Of a stretch of 64,000 bases of DNA, positions 63,001-64,000 are shown piece by piece. Both the position numbers and the translations under genes were made by a program. The notes beneath the pieces are model-generated. The model searched no databases and was not told the origin of the DNA. It saw only the letters and a list, made by a program, of their open reading frames with translations. Source of the DNA: Tubulanus polymorphus (lineage: Eukaryota; Animalia; Nemertea). The stretch covers positions 2,937,950 through 3,001,949 of the forward strand of contig NC_134026.1 in assembly GCF_964204645.1 (NCBI RefSeq), in the 5' to 3' direction. Each line of letters opens with the position of its first letter. Within the stretch, counting starts at the first letter, position 1.

Positions 63001-64000
63001 GAGGGTAACTATGAATCTGTCCTTTTATTTCAACGAGGGGATGCCACACTCAAACGTAATTATCACATTATTCTCTCTGATCCTCGTTCTCTGGAACATT
63101 TATCCAACTTTGGACAATCTGTCATTGGTATTGACGTGAAACATGATTTCAATTCGTGGAAATTCAAAACTTCATTTGTAACTTTTGCAGACAACAAAAA
63201 TGAAGGACGTATTGCTGCTGCATCAATTAGTAGTGATGAAGGGGGGGCTACTCATGCAACTACCATCCAGTTAGTTCTAGCCAATACACCATGTAAAGAC
63301 GAAAAATGTAATCATCCATCTGAATTCTATATATTTAATGATGGCAATGGTTTTTTCAGAATCAAGCCATGTTCATCAACATCTAGATTTTGTCCTTTTG
63401 TACAACATGATAAAGATGCAAGTCTAAAGCAAGGAGCATCTGACAATAATCTTAAATCAGTACTATGTAATTTTCATGTCCTGCAGTGTATTCGTCGCTT
63501 CATGAATGAAAATCAAGAACTTCGCTTATTTTGCAAGCCTCTAGAAACTGGTTTCAAATGCATTATGAGATCATGGGATGCTTCCTCTAGAACTGATATA
63601 GCCAATTCATTTATTAGTTTTATTGAGAATGATATTTCTTTAGACCTTATGTCGCAAGATACAAAAACATTATTTATTGATTACCTAAAGAAGAATTGGT
63701 TTAATTCCCAAATTTGGTCTGATGCATTCAATGCTGAATCAATTTATCAGTCAGACCAATCTAACAGAAATAACCCTTTGCTATTAACTGATAATATTAC
63801 TGAGCGCAAATTCAAACAAATAGATGATGTCTACTTAAGTGGACACCTAAATAAACTGATATCATCTTTTGTACGATTACTGTTTGAAAATGTTTTTAAT
63901 GATGAGATCAAAGCGACAAATATGAACAATCTCCAATTTAAGCAACTTGACCAACGAGTTAAGAATATACGTCACCTTGAAAAGATAGAAAAGTGTTGCA
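57066..64000 (+). CDS. Multi-domain transposase-derived protein: SGNH hydrolase - C2H2-like fingers - Ulp1/C48-like protease - S/T/P repeat - GATA zinc finger - MULE DDE transposase (3'-truncated by the window)
   Basis: Exons 58004-58118, 58190-58370, 58453-58563, 58658-58747, 58842-58908, 59178-59258, 59362-59442, 59530-59595, 59693-59799, 59961->64000 join in phase. Putative start ATG 57066-57068 followed directly by a GT donor (uncertain). The last exon is a stop-free frame +1 ORF of ~1346 codons. Confidence 0.75.
59961..64000 (+). mobile_element. Mutator-like (MULE) transposase coding region; element boundaries not visible
   Basis: VIGIDVKHDFN (D 63133), ADNKNEGRIAAASISSDE, VQHDKD (D 63409), LCNFHVLQ (CxxH 63466-63477), YLKKNWF, LTDNITE (E 63802). 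Confidence 0.85.
61525..61830. repeat. 24-bp coding minisatellite (ESTPISNS / ESAPILTN) with 12-bp variants
   Basis: gaatc(t/a)acaccaatttcgaatagt / gaatctgcaccaattttgactaat repeats, in frame. Confidence 0.9.

Overview
Eukaryotic, intron-rich, gene-dense animal DNA (invertebrate, probably lophotrochozoan by inference); no prokaryotic features, rRNA, tRNA or CRISPR seen. Gene models were assembled by hand from GT-AG sites and reading phase. In order: the 3' end of an Ig-like protein gene; a ~31-exon secreted EGF/vWA gene with recent exon+intron tandem duplications and an antisense TMEM200-like gene nested in intron 1; a WAP-domain peptide gene missed by the ORF track; a 1600-aa protein with ~38 acidic/His-rich 33-aa repeats; an amidase-type PGRP; PRPF19 head-to-head with PBDC1; an AMN1/FBXL-like LRR gene; ~9 kb non-coding; an MS4A-like gene head-to-head with MFSD10; and a 17-finger C2H2 gene. 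The most striking feature is absent from the ORF track because it runs off the window: a spliced + strand gene (~57066/58004 to >64000) whose exons can be joined in frame into one polypeptide with SGNH hydrolase, C2H2-like fingers, Ulp1-like cysteine protease, GATA zinc finger and a Mutator (MULE) DDE transposase, with catalytic residues apparently intact. Family calls come from motif recognition, not database searches.
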